Source of the DNA: Desulforhopalus sp.
GTDB lineage: Bacteria > Desulfobacterota > Desulfobulbia > Desulfobulbales > Desulfocapsaceae
Assembly (NCBI GenBank): GCA_013139415.1
Contig: WTAT01000443.1
Coordinates: 3,087 to 67,086 of the forward strand
DNA length: 64,000 bases
Reading direction: 5' to 3'
Shown: piece by piece, positions 1-8,613 of the stretch
Layout of the letters: every line of letters starts with the position of its first letter
Numbering within the stretch: the stretch's first letter is position 1
The notes under the pieces: model-generated
Told to the model about the DNA's origin: nothing
The model's input: only the letters and a program-made list of their open reading frames with translations
Database searches by the model: none
Position numbers and translations under genes: made by a program

Positions 1-1
1 G

Positions 2-673
2 TTGATGAAGGAAGTGGAAAAGTTACGGGAAAAGGGTGTGACGTCGCCTGGGGTTCTGCAGCAATATTTACAAAATCAGACAGTTCTGGAGGAATCAACA
101 CAGAGAATCAGGTTGTTCAGTCGAGGGACCACTCATGTGTCTGTCGCCGACAATAGGGGCAATTGTGCCAGCATGACCTGTTCCAATGGTGAGGGTTCCG
201 GTTACTTTGCTCCAGGAACCGGGGTGATGCTCAATAACATGATGGGTGAGGATGACCTGCATCCTGATGGTTTTCATTCCAGCGAGCCTGGAGAGAGGGT
301 TTTTTCCATGATGTCTCCTTCGCTTTTGTTAAAAGAGGGGCATGTGCAGCTGGTCATAGGCAGTGGTGGTTCCAAGCGGATTCGTACTGCGGTGAGTCAG
401 GTATTGAATCAAGTTGTCGATTTTAGCCGACCACTACAGCAGGCGGTGGATGCACCTCGCCTGTATCTTGACGGAGATTGTCTCCAGCTGGAACCTGGCT
501 TTTCTGAAATGGCCGTTACGGCGGTAAAAAGTAAGCTGCCTGTTAATCTCTGGCCCCAAAAAGACGTGTATTTTGGTGGGGTTCATGCAGTCATTCCCGG
601 AGCTGAAGGCGCGGCAGATCCCCGTCGGGGAGGTTCCGTGGTCACTGTTTATCATAATGAGAATGGGCAATAG
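2..673 (+). CDS. ggt: gamma-glutamyltransferase family protein (5' partial)
   Basis: GTTHVSV (Ntn Thr nucleophile), LNNMM, SMMSP, GSGGSKRI and ADPRRGG motifs; ORF open at the window edge. Confidence 0.85.
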   Translation: MMKEVEKLREKGVTSPGVLQQYLQNQTVLEESTQRIRLFSRGTTHVSVADNRGNCASMTCSNGEGSGYFAPGTGVMLNNMMGEDDLHPDGFHSSEPGERVFSMMSPSLLLKEGHVQLVIGSGGSKRIRTAVSQVLNQVVDFSRPLQQAVDAPRLYLDGDCLQLEPGFSEMAVTAVKSKLPVNLWPQKDVYFGGVHAVIPGAEGAADPRRGGSVVTVYHNENGQ

Positions 674-808
674 TGATGGCGTCGTAAAAACTACATGTTG
701 CCATTTTTTCGTCATTCCCGCATAGGCGGGAATCTAGTTATTTTAGCACGTTCTGGATTCCCGCCTACGCGGGAATGACGGTACAGCGAGGTTTTTACGA
801 GTCCATCA
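674..808. mobile_element. MITE family B copy 1
   Basis: Imperfect TIRs TGATGGCGTCGTAAAAA / TTTTTACGAGTCCATCA; 4-bp direct repeat ATAG on both sides (670-673, 809-812); related copy at 49100. Confidence 0.75.
710..780. repeat. CGTC-tagged REP / dRS3-like palindrome doublet inside MITE B
   Basis: CGTCATTCCCGCATAGGCGGGAATC ... GATTCCCGCCTACGCGGGAATGACG; each unit is ATTCCC-N8-GGGAAT and the two are inverted. Confidence 0.75.
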
Positions 809-862
809 ATAGTGACAATCTCGTAAAAACCTCAACTTGGTGACTACGATCCGATTACTGGG

Positions 863-3070
863 TTACCCAAGATTCAGAAACATTCCCACCTGATATACGG
901 CAACCGCCATGCCAAAGGCAAAGATAGTGTTGAAGGTCATGGAGAATATGGCCCATTTCCAGGATGACTCCTTGGCAATACAGACTACGGTGACAAAGCA
1001 GGGGGCGTAAAACATAATGAATATAAGTGCTGCGACAGCGACGACCCTGTTCCAGTTAGCATCGTTTTTCAGACGTACTCCAAGAGATTCTGATTCTTCG
1101 GTATCAACTTCCCCCATTGAATAGGCAGTCCCTAGGGTAGAGACAATAACTTCTTTTGCGGCAAATCCACCGATAAGGGCGATGTTTGTTCGCCAATCAA
1201 AACCGGCTAGTTTGGTAAAAAATTCCAAAGAGGTTCCGAATTTCCCTGCGATGGAGTTTTGCAGGGCCGTTTCGGTCTCTTCGTTATTGATCAGGCTGAT
1301 CTGTGCAGAGAGTGTTGCGGCCTGTTCCGATAATTCTGCGGCACCAATCTCGATTTCGCCTGCAACTTCCGCTGTGGCTGCAGTCATCACTTCTTGGCGT
1401 TGTTGTTCAAAAAATGCCACCTTTTCCTCTGGCAAGCCTGGAAAAGTCATCAGAGCCCACAGCAGAATGGAGATGCCGAGAATAACTGTTCCGGCTTTTT
1501 TGATATACTGGTAGGTCCGCTCCCAGGTGTGAATCAGAAGTCCCTGCAGAGTTGGAAACCGGTAGGGAGGGAGCTCCATCACAAAAGGAGTGGGGGCACC
1601 TCTAAGTACGGTGGAACGTAAGAGTTTTGCGGCAAACAGTGCGACAACCCACGCAAGCATAGTGAATAAAAACATGTACATGGCCTTGTCATCGCTGAAA
1701 AAGGCACCGATCAGCAAAGCAAGAATAGGCAGCTTAGCGCCACAATTCATGAATGGTACAGTGAGCAGCGTTGCCATACGCTCCTTGGGGGAACGGAGGG
1801 TACGGGTTGCCATGACCCCAGGAACAGCGCAGCCGCCGGCAATACCGCCCGAGACGATAAACGGCATGACCGAGGATCCATGGAGACCAAATATCCTGAA
1901 AATCCGGTCCATCATGAAAGCGACCCGGGCGAGATATCCGGAATCTTCGAGGATGGCGATACTGAAAAACATGAACATGATGAGCGGGACGAAGCCGAGA
2001 ACTCCTCCAACACCGTCTATTACACCTGAGATAATCATCGACTTAAGCAGCCCGTCCGGAAGGGTGTTCTCAACCATATTGCCAAGCCAGCTGAAGGCAT
2101 TTCCCAGCCAGGCAACAGGGATTTCACTCCAACTGAAGGTAAACTGATAGACGCCAAAGAGGATGAGCAGCATAATGGCGGGGCCAACTAGTCGATTGGT
2201 CAGTACTTTATCTATTTTGTCGGAGGTATAGAGTCGGTCGGTATCAAATTTGTGGGTGACCACTCCCTGTCTGAGTATGGACTTGATGTAGCCGTATCGA
2301 TGATCGGCGATGAGGGCCTCGGGAAATACATCAAGAGTCTTTTGGGTGTGGTCGGAGGTCTTGGTGACTATCTCTTCAAGAATACGGGCTGTGGCTGGAT
2401 CGTTCTTTTGTCCTTTTTCCAGAATCTGGTCATCATTTTCCAGATATTTAATAGCTGTATATCTGGCAGGATAGCTTTCTCCTAAAAGAGAAGTCTCATC
2501 AATTGTTGCAACGAGTTCGGTCAGTATGGTGTCCAGATCTTCACCATAAGAAATATCGCGGGGGTTCCATTGTGTTTTTTTGGTTGTTACACGAAGACAA
2601 GCATCAAGAAGTTCATCTTTACCAAAGCCCGAGCGAGCAATTATAGGTACTACCGGAACCTGGAGCAGCTTCTCAAGAATTTCAGCCTTTATCTCAATCC
2701 CCCTGTCTTTGGCAACATCCATCATGTTGAGAGCTATAACCAAAGGAACGCCAAGTTCCAGAAGCTGGCAACTAAGGTACAGATTTCTTTCAAGATTAGA
2801 GGCATCAACGATATTAATAACAACTTGTGGACGTTCATTCACCAGATAGTCACGGGTGACCAGTTCTTCGGCCGAATAGGCGGTCATCGAGTAGGTTCCC
2901 GGAAGATCTGTTAAGGTAATTTTCCGATTTTTGTGGTGAAAAGTACCCTCTTTGTGATCAACAGTGATACCGGGGTAGTTACCGACATGCTGTCTTGCGC
3001 CGGTTAACTCATTGAAAAGAGTAGTTTTACCTGCATTGGGATTGCCTGCAAGGGCCATTAATAGGTGCAT
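863..3070 (-). CDS. feoB: ferrous iron transporter B
   Basis: GNPNAGKTT, VGNYPGITV, DLPG, LNMMD GTPase motifs; membrane domain with PFMNCGAK and MELPPY. Confidence 0.97.
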   Translation of the reverse strand: MHLLMALAGNPNAGKTTLFNELTGARQHVGNYPGITVDHKEGTFHHKNRKITLTDLPGTYSMTAYSAEELVTRDYLVNERPQVVINIVDASNLERNLYLSCQLLELGVPLVIALNMMDVAKDRGIEIKAEILEKLLQVPVVPIIARSGFGKDELLDACLRVTTKKTQWNPRDISYGEDLDTILTELVATIDETSLLGESYPARYTAIKYLENDDQILEKGQKNDPATARILEEIVTKTSDHTQKTLDVFPEALIADHRYGYIKSILRQGVVTHKFDTDRLYTSDKIDKVLTNRLVGPAIMLLILFGVYQFTFSWSEIPVAWLGNAFSWLGNMVENTLPDGLLKSMIISGVIDGVGGVLGFVPLIMFMFFSIAILEDSGYLARVAFMMDRIFRIFGLHGSSVMPFIVSGGIAGGCAVPGVMATRTLRSPKERMATLLTVPFMNCGAKLPILALLIGAFFSDDKAMYMFLFTMLAWVVALFAAKLLRSTVLRGAPTPFVMELPPYRFPTLQGLLIHTWERTYQYIKKAGTVILGISILLWALMTFPGLPEEKVAFFEQQRQEVMTAATAEVAGEIEIGAAELSEQAATLSAQISLINNEETETALQNSIAGKFGTSLEFFTKLAGFDWRTNIALIGGFAAKEVIVSTLGTAYSMGEVDTEESESLGVRLKNDANWNRVVAVAALIFIMFYAPCFVTVVCIAKESSWKWAIFSMTFNTIFAFGMAVAVYQVGMFLNLG

Positions 3071-3319
3071 TGGTTGGTGTCTGAGTAAATATTAATGAGG
3101 TGTGAAAAGAGAAGAAATGGAGGTTAGCTAATCTTTACCAAAATCTAGCCAGCGTCAATACTGTAATCGCGGGTTAAGGAGTAAGCCCAATTGGCCAGGG
3201 ATGTCGAGCCAATTTACTACAAACATTGATGGTTTTCATGTGATCTTTTTGATTTTTTTGAATGTTTTGTAATAATACACTCTGCTCGATGTATTACCCT
3301 AAATAATTGGTCATTCACT

Positions 3320-3490
3320 TCATTCTGATTTTCGACTGCTGCAGGACGAATCTGCACAGCATGTACAACTATCACCACAGGATATATTGGCATCTTTGCT
3401 GGTGGCAACTTTCCATTGACGATAGAATCTTCGACCGGTAAAAAATGCACATACACCTATGATCACCCAGATAATAACCATCTCAAACAT
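3320..3490 (-). CDS. FeoB-associated Cys-rich small membrane protein
   Basis: ATG 3490 after AGGAGG; single TM helix then CGDSCTCCADSSC; directly upstream of feoB. Confidence 0.75.
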   Translation of the reverse strand: MFEMVIIWVIIGVCAFFTGRRFYRQWKVATSKDANISCGDSCTCCADSSCSSRKSE

Positions 3491-3530
3491 AATATTATAC
3501 CTCCTGTTAGTCGGACCTAACTCCCAGGAC

Positions 3531-3562
3531 AAAAAAATAGTCCGAGCAACTCGGATTATTTT
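3531..3562 (-). terminator. putative intrinsic terminator or RNA hairpin inside the feo cluster
   Basis: AATAGTCCGAG-CAA-CTCGGATTATT hairpin with a U-run on the minus strand. Confidence 0.4.
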
Positions 3563-3569
3563 CCTCTCT

Positions 3570-3893
3570 TTATAAACTGGTTACAAAAATGTTGTCGGAT
3601 ACGTCAGAGTCAAGGCTGATGGTCCCGCCATTGACCTTGAGAAGACACTGGCTGCCTGTTTCGGAACATATTACATCTGCTTCGACCCCTGGATAGAGTC
3701 CCATGGAAGCCATGCGGGCACAGACTTTTCTGTTTCCGGTAACTTTGCACACTTTGACTCGACCGGTCCTCGCTCTCGTCGAAAGTGGCGTCATCAGATT
3801 ACTGCATCGCCCTCGGCCAAAGCAGTTCCTCACTTTCTCAGCGAAACAGCAACCATTCTTTTTCCATCCTTTACGAATCATTGTCTTCTCCAA
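3570..3893 (-). CDS. feoA: FeoA-domain protein with Cys-containing N-terminal extension
   Basis: RMASMGLYPGVEADV ... LLKVNGGTISL FeoA SH3-like pattern; feo context. Confidence 0.8.
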   Translation of the reverse strand: MEKTMIRKGWKKNGCCFAEKVRNCFGRGRCSNLMTPLSTRARTGRVKVCKVTGNRKVCARMASMGLYPGVEADVICSETGSQCLLKVNGGTISLDSDVSDNIFVTSL

Positions 3894-3987
3894 TATATGA
3901 AACCTTTAGGTACACCAAACAATAGTTTCAGTCAACATATATTTCAAGTACATACAATATCTTTAGGCGAAGCTAACGGGCCATCAA

Positions 3988-4222
3988 CTAACCCCGGTAA
4001 ACGGGAAAATAAGCCAGGATTCTTTTCAATACCCCCTTGAGGGGTACTCCCTTTTAGTCCTCCCTAGAGGGGGATAAGTGCCTTGGTAGTCACTTTAATT
4101 TTCCAATTTCAATACACTCTCCGAATTTCTTGTTTTTTATACCCGTCTAGCGGGCACTGAAAAGAGTACCCCCTCAAGCGGGTACTGAAAAGAGTGACTG
4201 GAAATCTGGAGTAAGGCACTAA
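3988..4222. mobile_element. composite repeat family A copy 1
   Basis: CTAACCCCGGTAAACGGGAAAATAAGCCAGGA ... GGAGTAAGGCACTAA; closely similar copies at 6509 and 50455. Confidence 0.85.
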
Positions 4223-4402
4223 AGGGAAAAATTGATTGAATTTTGATAAAATATTGAGGATTGGGTGGGGGCAGCAGTTGGCAAGAGTAATTTTTCGGGA
4301 AAATGAAAAAATGCCCGGCGCCATTACACCAGAACAAGAGAGTTCCTGTGATGGTCAATAGCGTAAGAAGGAAGAGGCGGCAGAACTGGAGTAAGGGGAG
4401 TT

Positions 4403-4645
4403 TCAGTCAGAGGTTTCTGTATCCACCATGATATAGTCGGCCTCATTATTACGCAGGGTCAAAGTTCCGCCCATGACTCTGAGGGCTACAGGATCATTGA
4501 GTGGAGCCCTGCCCTGAATAGTAATTTCAGTCCCGGGAACAAGGCCCATTTCCCTTATTCTTCTGCCCATTTCTCCACTGACTTTGACCGATTTGATAAT
4601 TCCTGACTGATGTTTGGCCATCAGACGTAAGTTGATCAGTGCCAT
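4403..4645 (-). CDS. feoA: ferrous iron transport protein A
   Basis: RRIREMGLVPGTEI, RAPLNDP, LTLRNNEA; start MALINL after GGAG. Confidence 0.92.
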   Translation of the reverse strand: MALINLRLMAKHQSGIIKSVKVSGEMGRRIREMGLVPGTEITIQGRAPLNDPVALRVMGGTLTLRNNEADYIMVDTETSD

Positions 4646-4707
4646 TTTTTCTGCTCCCTGTATAACGAACACAAAAAAGACTTAGACAGCAGATTTGTAG
4701 CTCGTAT

Positions 4708-4726
4708 TATCTTGATTATCAATAAT
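4708..4726. promoter_or_regulatory. possible Fur box upstream of feoA
   Basis: Minus strand ATTATTGATAATCAAGATA matches 13/19 of GATAATGATAATCATTATC, ~60 bp upstream of an iron-uptake cluster. Confidence 0.4.
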
Positions 4727-4790
4727 GTTGTACCCAGGAAAACAAAAGACAAATTATTTTCCTGGCGGATGGCTAAACTTATAAATACGC

Positions 4791-6473
4791 TTATTTTTTC
4801 TTCCAGGAATCTCTCAATGTCACCGTTCGGTTCAACACCGGACTTCCGGTTTTCGACTCAACCAGATCGGCACAGAAGTAGCCCTGTCGCTCGAACTGCA
4901 CAGTTTTTCCCGGTTCTAGTAATGCAAGGCTCGGCTCAGCAATTGCTTTAGAGAGGACCACCTTGGAATCGGGGTTGAGGTGGTCTAGAAAATCAACATC
5001 CTTGTCAGCTTCGGGATCCTCCACATTGAAAAGTCTGTCGTATAATCGAATGGTAACCGGAAATCCTTTTTCTGCGGAAACCCAGTGAATTGTTCCCTTC
5101 ACCTTTCTACCGTCGGGGGCGGAACCACCTCTGGTTTCTGGGTCGTAGGTGCAGTGGATTTCTGTGATCTCTCCGGTGGTTTCGTCTTTGACATGGGAGG
5201 CATACTGGATCAGATAGCCGTATCGCAGTCGCACCTCCCTGTCGGGGCCCAGTCGGTGATATTTCCGAGAGGGGTTTTCCATAAAATCATTTCTTTCAAT
5301 ATAGAGTTCTTTGGTGAAGGGGAGGAGGCGTTCGCCCATATCCGGATTTTGTGGATGATTTTTGCCCACCATTTCCTCAACCAGACCTTCAGGGTAGTTG
5401 TCGATTACCACCTTTACCGGATCAAGAACACACATACGTCGCTCTGCCCGAACATTGAGGTCGTTGCGGATCTCGTTTTCCAGCACCCCCATGTCAATCC
5501 GGCTTTCACTCTTACCGATGCCAATGGCCCTACAGAAATTGCGGATTGAAGCCGGGGTGTAGCCACGTCGCCTCAGGCCTGATATGGTCAGCATGCGGGG
5601 GTCGTCCCAACCGTCGACATTATTTGCTTCCACCATCTGCAGGAGTTTACGTTTACTCATAACCGTATACGTCAGGTTGAGTCTGGCAAATTCGATCTGT
5701 CGTGGATGGCATGGAGTCTTGAGGGTATCCAAAACCCAATCATACAGCGGGCGGTGGTCCTGAAACTCTAAAGTACAGAGGGAATGGGTGATGCCTTCCA
5801 GCATATCGGAAAGACAATGGGTATAGTCGTACATCGGGTAAATCTTCCATGTATCTCCGGTACGGTGATGGTGAGCTTTGAGAATTCTGTAGATCACCGG
5901 GTCCCGCATGTTGAGATTGGGGGAAGCCATATCAATTTTTGCGCGGAGCACATGTGTCCCTTCCTCGAACTCTCCGTTTTTCATCTGTTCGAAGAGATCA
6001 AGATTCTCTGCTACTGACCGATTGCGATATGGGCTCTCTTTTCCCGGTTCAGTCAGGGTGCCACGATATTCCCTCATTTCACCCGGTGAGAGCTGGCAAA
6101 CATAGGCCTTATCTGCTTTTATTAATGCAACCGCAAATTCAAAGAGTTGGTGGAAATAATTTGAGGCATAGAGTACTTTCGCTCCCCAGTCAAAGCCAAG
6201 CCATTTGACGTCTGTCTGAATAGATTCGACATATGCGACATCCTCTTTGCTCGGATTGGTATCGTCAAACCTGAGATTGCAGATACCACTGTTTTCCTCG
6301 GCAACACCGAAATTCAGGCAGATGGATTTTGCGTGGCCGATATGCAGAAAACCATTTGGCTCCGGTGGAAACCTGGTTATGCTTTTCTGGTGTTTGCCGG
6401 TTTGCAGGTCGTCAGTGATGATCTGGCGAATAAAGTCTAGCGGTCTCTTTTCTGAATCTTCTATATTTTCCAT
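4791..6473 (-). CDS. glnS: glutaminyl-tRNA synthetase
   Basis: [40 protein letters not shown]. Confidence 0.97.
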   Translation of the reverse strand: MENIEDSEKRPLDFIRQIITDDLQTGKHQKSITRFPPEPNGFLHIGHAKSICLNFGVAEENSGICNLRFDDTNPSKEDVAYVESIQTDVKWLGFDWGAKVLYASNYFHQLFEFAVALIKADKAYVCQLSPGEMREYRGTLTEPGKESPYRNRSVAENLDLFEQMKNGEFEEGTHVLRAKIDMASPNLNMRDPVIYRILKAHHHRTGDTWKIYPMYDYTHCLSDMLEGITHSLCTLEFQDHRPLYDWVLDTLKTPCHPRQIEFARLNLTYTVMSKRKLLQMVEANNVDGWDDPRMLTISGLRRRGYTPASIRNFCRAIGIGKSESRIDMGVLENEIRNDLNVRAERRMCVLDPVKVVIDNYPEGLVEEMVGKNHPQNPDMGERLLPFTKELYIERNDFMENPSRKYHRLGPDREVRLRYGYLIQYASHVKDETTGEITEIHCTYDPETRGGSAPDGRKVKGTIHWVSAEKGFPVTIRLYDRLFNVEDPEADKDVDFLDHLNPDSKVVLSKAIAEPSLALLEPGKTVQFERQGYFCADLVESKTGSPVLNRTVTLRDSWKKK

Positions 6474-6508
6474 AACTAATGACTTTTGTGAAAGGTATGC
6501 GTTCAGTA

Positions 6509-6705
6509 CTATCCCTGATAAACGGGAAAATAAGCCAGGACTCAGTTCAGTACCCCCTCGGAGTCTATCGCTTACCTGAGGGGTGTAAGTGCCTTGGTGG
6601 TCACTTTAAGTTTCCAATTTCAATACAATCTCCAGATTTCTTGTTTTTTATACCCGTCAAGCGGGTATTGAACTGAATGACAGGCTTTCAGGAGTAAGGC
6701 ACTAA
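6509..6705. mobile_element. composite repeat family A copy 2; right end contains the gltX stop codon
   Basis: Aligns with 3988-4222 and 50455-50633; carries an 18-bp insert at 6559-6576. Confidence 0.85.
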
Positions 6706-8180
6706 ACAAAAAGTTTGCCAACACCACGGAGTCTCTGGACGACTTTTTCCTGGCCAATTGTCACCAGGATATCAAACATTGAAGGGCCTGCAAGTTGACC
6801 GGTGACCACGGTACGCATTGCGTTAATAATAATGCCTGGTTTGATTGCCAGCTCCTCAGCCAGTTCCCTTGCAACCCGTTCAGTCTCTTCCAGATTAAAT
6901 TCTTCAAGTCTCTCGTATCTGTCCGCGAGTTTTGGAAGCCATTGTTGCAACCCCTCGTGTTTTAAGACGTTTTTGTTAAGAGGTTTGGCTTCAATGGTGA
7001 AATCGTCGGCAAAATATGCCCTGCCGAGGGTGGTGAAATCTTTTAGGGTATGGAAACGACCCCGAATAAGATCAAGAGCCTGGAGATACCATTCCTTTTG
7101 GACTGAACCATAGGCATCGTTCCATAATCCATCCGCTTCAAGTTCCTTCCTGACCATTTCTCCGAGCTCGCCGATATCCATGGTTCGGAGGTAATGTTCA
7201 TTTATGAAAATAGCCTTTGGGTCGGTAAAGAATTTAGGATCATTTTTTTTGTAGTTAAAAATCGCACTTGATTTGTTTATTCGTTCAAGTGAAAAATCCC
7301 TGATAAGTTCTTCCTTTGAATAAAATTCCTGGTCATTTCCTGCAGACCAGCCGAGAAGGGCAAGGAAATTGTTGAAAGCCCATGGGATAAAACCGCTGTC
7401 CCGGTAAAACTGAATGGCAACTATTTCGCCATGGCTGCGCTTGGATATTTTGGCTTTTTTGGTGTCAAGGGTGAGAGGCATGTGGCCGAAGACCGGCAGC
7501 GGTGCATCCAGTGCTTCGTACAGGAGTACCTGTTTGATGGTGTTGGTCATATGGTCCTGCCCGCGGATAATATGAGTAATCCTGTCCCGGATATCATCCA
7601 CTACATTGCAGAGTAGATAGAGCGGTTTCCCATTGGATCGGACGATGACAAAATCGTCAATTTCTGAATAATTAGATTCGATACGACCGAGAATTTTATC
7701 GTCATACCCGAGAGTGCCCGTTCGCTCTGGCACTTTAAAACGGAGTACGTAGGGAATTCCGGCAGCCTCTTTTTCTGCTATTTCGCTGGCTGAAAGGTTT
7801 CGGCAGGTGCGGTCATATCCCAGCGGCTTTTTTGCGGCCAGGGCAGCTTCACGTTTTGCGTCAAGCTCTTCCTTTGTGCAAAAACATTTATAGGCGGCTC
7901 CCTTTGTCAGGAGATTCTGGGCGGCATTAGTGTGATCTTCTGCAAAATCAGTTTGAAAATAAGGTCCCTCATCATAATCAATCCCCAGCCATTCGAGGCC
8001 ATCGATAATCCCCTGAATAGATTCCTGGGTTGAACGGCCAACATCGGTATCTTCAATGCGAAGGATGAGTTTGCCACCGGTTTGTTTGGCGTAGAGCCAG
8101 TTATAGAGTGCCGTTCTTGCTCCACCGATATGAAGATATCCGGTGGGGCTCGGCGGAAAACGTAGTCGTGTTTCTGTCAT
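6702..8180 (-). CDS. gltX: glutamyl-tRNA synthetase
   Basis: RFPPSPTGYLHIGG, LRIEDTD, IRGQDH, KISKR; start MTETR at 8180 after AGGAG. Confidence 0.96.
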   Translation of the reverse strand: MTETRLRFPPSPTGYLHIGGARTALYNWLYAKQTGGKLILRIEDTDVGRSTQESIQGIIDGLEWLGIDYDEGPYFQTDFAEDHTNAAQNLLTKGAAYKCFCTKEELDAKREAALAAKKPLGYDRTCRNLSASEIAEKEAAGIPYVLRFKVPERTGTLGYDDKILGRIESNYSEIDDFVIVRSNGKPLYLLCNVVDDIRDRITHIIRGQDHMTNTIKQVLLYEALDAPLPVFGHMPLTLDTKKAKISKRSHGEIVAIQFYRDSGFIPWAFNNFLALLGWSAGNDQEFYSKEELIRDFSLERINKSSAIFNYKKNDPKFFTDPKAIFINEHYLRTMDIGELGEMVRKELEADGLWNDAYGSVQKEWYLQALDLIRGRFHTLKDFTTLGRAYFADDFTIEAKPLNKNVLKHEGLQQWLPKLADRYERLEEFNLEETERVARELAEELAIKPGIIINAMRTVVTGQLAGPSMFDILVTIGQEKVVQRLRGVGKLFV

Positions 8181-8613
8181 AAAAGAACTCCTTGAACCAG
8201 CTCGTTGAGCAGGCATTGCATTATCAGCTGAAGTGTTCCGATGGGTTGAGAACTTCTTGAGTACCTTGTGTAGCTTCTGATGGCAAGTGGATCCCATCGA
8301 AAAGAGTATCAGGCTGCTATATATCTTTTTCCAGCTGAATGTTCAACAATTTTAGGGATGCGTCATCAAGACTCGAGAAACGAAAGGTTTTTATGGCCAG
8401 GTTTCGCCAAGAATAGCTACAGTTTTTTTGTTGTTGTCAGCAGGGGAACTTTGTATAGTTTCTCCCGTCATTAGCAATGACGTGGTTGCCTGTTGGTTTT
8501 TCTGGTCCCAAAAGCGCAGCCGATGTTGCTTATAGCTATTTCTGAATAACGGTGCTTTTCCTGTCGAATGGTGGGAAAAGCTGAGACGGGTTCTTATAGA
8601 GGAATTAAAGAAA

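Noticed and set aside
3988-4222. 27-28 bp hairpin repeats as a CRISPR array
   Set aside because: Units are inverted or directly abutting, the intervening sequence is conserved between loci rather than unique spacers, and no cas genes are present.
4109-4358. Small ORFs at 4109-4358, 6479-6676 and 50548-50730 sharing peptides such as FQYPLEG and YKKQEI
   Set aside because: The similarity is just translation of repeat family A; starts and frames differ between copies.
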